Shown here one piece after another: positions 34,550 to 36,910 of a stretch of DNA of 36,910 bases (position 1 is the first letter of the stretch; each line of letters opens with the position of its first letter). The translations under genes were made by a program, and so were the position numbers. The notes beneath the pieces are model-generated. The model was not told the DNA's origin and ran no database searches. It saw nothing but the letters and a program-made list of their open reading frames with translations. Source of the DNA: Casimicrobiaceae bacterium (lineage in GTDB: Bacteria; Pseudomonadota; Gammaproteobacteria; Burkholderiales; Casimicrobiaceae); contig DASSVX010000201.1 in the NCBI GenBank assembly GCA_035705655.1, forward strand, positions 1 to 36,910. Reading direction: 5' to 3'.

Positions 34550-35749
34550 ATGCTGCGCGTCTTCCTCCCCGCACCGCCGCACATCGATCGCGCCGATCAA
34601 TGGGTGCGTTACAGCGCCGATGGCCGCGCGATCGGCCGCGGTCGGGACGTGCCGTCGCACTGGCCGGCCGATCCTGTCATCGAAGCCGTGCTCGCGGCGT
34701 GCCATGTAAGGCTCATAGCACTTGCGTTGCCGCCGATGCCGCGCGAGCGCCTGGGTGGCGCGGCGCGCTACGCGCTCGAAGATCAGATCGCGACGAGCAT
34801 CGACGAATCGTCGATCGCCCTCGCCGAGCCGCGCAATGGCACCTGCGTCGCCGCCGTCGCATCGGAGGCATTGATCCGGGCAGTTGCCACGCAGACGCGT
34901 CGCATCGCACGCATCGTTCCGGAATCGGCGCTCGCACCGCAGGGGGACGGCTGGGTATTATGGTGCGCATCGGCCGGCGCCGGCGGCTTCGTGCGCCGCG
35001 CGGACGGCAGCGCATTCGCCGTGGACGCATCCAGCGACGGCGCGCTGCCGGGCGCGCTGGCGGCGGCACTGCGCGCGAAAGGCGGTCCGCGAACGGTGCA
35101 CGTGGCGTTTTCCGCCGATGCGCCGCAGCTCGCCGAGTGGTCGCGCACGAGCGGTGTGCCGTTCGTTGGCGCACCGGTCTGGCATTGGGAGCAGGCACCC
35201 GCCGCCGCGTTCGCCAGCGCTCCCGACTTCCTGCGCGGAACGACGCCGCCTGCAGACGGTGCAAGCCGTCGCTCCATCCTGCGCAGCTTTCGGCCCGCGC
35301 TGATTCTCGCGGGCGCAGCGCTCGCCATTCATCTCGCCGGCCTGCTCGTTACCTGGTCGTGGCTCAACGTCGAGAACTGGCGCTTGTCGCGCGCGATCGT
35401 CGACGAAGCCGCGGCAGCGCAATTGCCCGATGCGACGACGCCGCAGGCGGCCTTCGATGCCATCGCGCGTCGCAACGCGCAGCGGCGCCATCGCGCGCTG
35501 CAGGCCGCGCCGGGCGATGCGCTACCCCTGCTCGCGCGCGCCGCGCCCGCGCTCGGCGCGTTGCCGCAACAGACGCTGCGCTCCGCGCGATATGCGAGCG
35601 GCGCGTGGACGCTCGATCTCGGCAAGGTCGATCCCGCGCTGTTGTCGCGTGTCACCGGTCGGCTGACGGCGGCGGGCGTCGAGGCGCTGGCGGTGCCGGC
35701 GGCGGGCGGAACCCGGATGCGGCTGTCGCTCGCCGCTGTCGCGCGTTGA
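34550..35749 (+). CDS. gspL: T2SS inner-membrane platform protein L
   Basis: Cytoplasmic domain (ARYALEDQI), single TM, periplasmic C-terminus; position after gspK. Confidence 0.78.
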   Translation: MLRVFLPAPPHIDRADQWVRYSADGRAIGRGRDVPSHWPADPVIEAVLAACHVRLIALALPPMPRERLGGAARYALEDQIATSIDESSIALAEPRNGTCVAAVASEALIRAVATQTRRIARIVPESALAPQGDGWVLWCASAGAGGFVRRADGSAFAVDASSDGALPGALAAALRAKGGPRTVHVAFSADAPQLAEWSRTSGVPFVGAPVWHWEQAPAAAFASAPDFLRGTTPPADGASRRSILRSFRPALILAGAALAIHLAGLLVTWSWLNVENWRLSRAIVDEAAAAQLPDATTPQAAFDAIARRNAQRRHRALQAAPGDALPLLARAAPALGALPQQTLRSARYASGAWTLDLGKVDPALLSRVTGRLTAAGVEALAVPAAGGTRMRLSLAAVAR

Positions 35750-36237
35750 TGCCCGTGCGCTGGCCACGATCGATCACGCAGGCGGTGCAGCGCGCCGATT
35801 TTTCCCGGCGCCCCGCTTTTGCGGGACTCGCGATCGTCGCGGCGCTGGTCGTGGCAGCCGTTGTTGCGCTGCGGCTGCACGACGCGATCGCGCGTGAACG
35901 CGAGAACGTCACGCGCAACGGCCTGGTGCTCGGCGCAGCTCGCGCACGCGCCGCCGAGAACGCGACGCTCGCCCGAACTAACGCCGTCGCGAAGAATGTG
36001 GATCTGCGCGCTTCGATCGAACAGGTTTTCGCGCGCCACGCGCTGGCCTACCGCGTTCTCGACGCGCAGGAAAGCGAAGGGCCGCTGAGAATCGTGATCG
36101 AGGCGGCGCCGTTCGACGCGCTGGTGCGCGCGCTCGACGCACTCTCGCGCGAGGACGGTGTGCGCGCGACCGACGCGACGCTCACCGCGCGCGTCGACCC
36201 TGGTACGGTGCGCGCCGAGCTCGAACTCGCGCGCTGA
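35749..36237 (+). CDS. gspM: T2SS protein M
   Basis: Single TM, coiled coil, then APFDALVRALDAL...PGTVRAELEL; TGATG overlap with gspL. Confidence 0.75.
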   Translation: MPVRWPRSITQAVQRADFSRRPAFAGLAIVAALVVAAVVALRLHDAIARERENVTRNGLVLGAARARAAENATLARTNAVAKNVDLRASIEQVFARHALAYRVLDAQESEGPLRIVIEAAPFDALVRALDALSREDGVRATDATLTARVDPGTVRAELELAR

Positions 36238-36245
36238 AGCGACAC

Positions 36246-36910
36246 GTGCGCATCCTGCTGCGCCTCGTGCCGGGTCTCGTCGTGCTTGCCGTCGCACTCG
36301 TCGTGCTCGCGCCCGCGGCCCTGCTCGATGCTCCGCTTGCCGCACGCACCGGCAACCGCTTGCATCTTGTCGACACCCGCGGCGTCTGGTGGCGCGGCGA
36401 GGGCGCGCTCGCGACGAGCGACGGCGCCGCGCACGTGCCGTTCGCGTGGAAGGTTGCGCTTGCGCCCCTTTTGACCGGCCGTCTCGTTGCCGCGTTGCGC
36501 GCGTCGGATGGCGCGGCCGGTCCGACGGGAACGATTGCATTCGCGGATGGGACGATCGGCGTGCGCGATCTGCACGCGGTCGTGCCCGCCGCGCTCGTCC
36601 CCGCACTCGCTCCGTCACTGAAGGCCGTGGCGCTGCGCGGCGACATCGAGCTCTTTGCGCCGTCGTTCACCTGGCGCGGCACGACGGGAAGCGGAACGGT
36701 CGACGCCACCTGGGCGCATGCACGCGTGATTGCAGGCCCGTGGGCCGTCGATTTCGGCCGCGTCATTGCAAAGGGCGTACCGGCCGGCGACGGCATCGCG
36801 GGCACCGTGCAGGCTTCGGGCGGCGATGTCACGATCGAAGGCACGCTCGACACGCGCGCGGGCGCCACGAGCGCATCGCTCGAACTCGCTCCGGCGCCGG
36901 GCGCGTCGGA
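36246..36910 (+). CDS. gspN: T2SS protein N, 5' part (runs off the window)
   Basis: Manual translation from GTG 36246: MRILLRLVPGLVVLAVALVVLAPAALLD...DTRGVWWRGEG, with an N-terminal TM and a GxxWxG motif. Not in the ORF track. Confidence 0.75.
   Translation, partial: MRILLRLVPGLVVLAVALVVLAPAALLDAPLAARTGNRLHLVDTRGVWWRGEGALATSDGAAHVPFAWKVALAPLLTGRLVAALRASDGAAGPTGTIAFADGTIGVRDLHAVVPAALVPALAPSLKAVALRGDIELFAPSFTWRGTTGSGTVDATWAHARVIAGPWAVDFGRVIAKGVPAGDGIAGTVQASGGDVTIEGTLDTRAGATSASLELAPAPGAS

Overview
High-GC (roughly two-thirds G+C by eye) betaproteobacterial core chromosome; the taxon is inferred from gene content and sequence style. Contents in order: dxr (partial)-cdsA-uppS-frr-pyrH-tsf-rpsB (minus) with an S2-leader/t44-like RNA; ygfZ-NRDE (plus); guaB-guaA-channel-like membrane protein-tadA-ldcA-GNAT (minus); a DUF4124-like protein; tRNA-Leu-tig-clpP-clpX-lon-hupB-tRNA-Val-tRNA-Asp-ppiD (minus); hpnCDE squalene synthesis; smpB with divergent ratA-rnfH; mltG-tmk-holB-pilZ-tatD-ankyrin (minus); and a type II secretion cluster gspG-N (gspN partial). 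I see no transposase, integrase, prophage, CRISPR or defence system, so I cannot claim a new protein-coding system. The unexplained structure is intergenic. (A) A GGGTCAGA...TCTGACCC REP/REPIN-like hairpin family occurs at three loci; one copy appears to supply the guaA start codon and one fills the tRNA-Val/tRNA-Asp spacer. (B) A multi-stem element with a conserved GGGGCGGCCC loop and fully replaced closing stems occurs twice. (C) Inverted heptamer arrays lie before tatD, and a further long hairpin follows clpX. Most long ORFs in the supplied track are GC-bias shadows, and start codons were re-assigned by eye.
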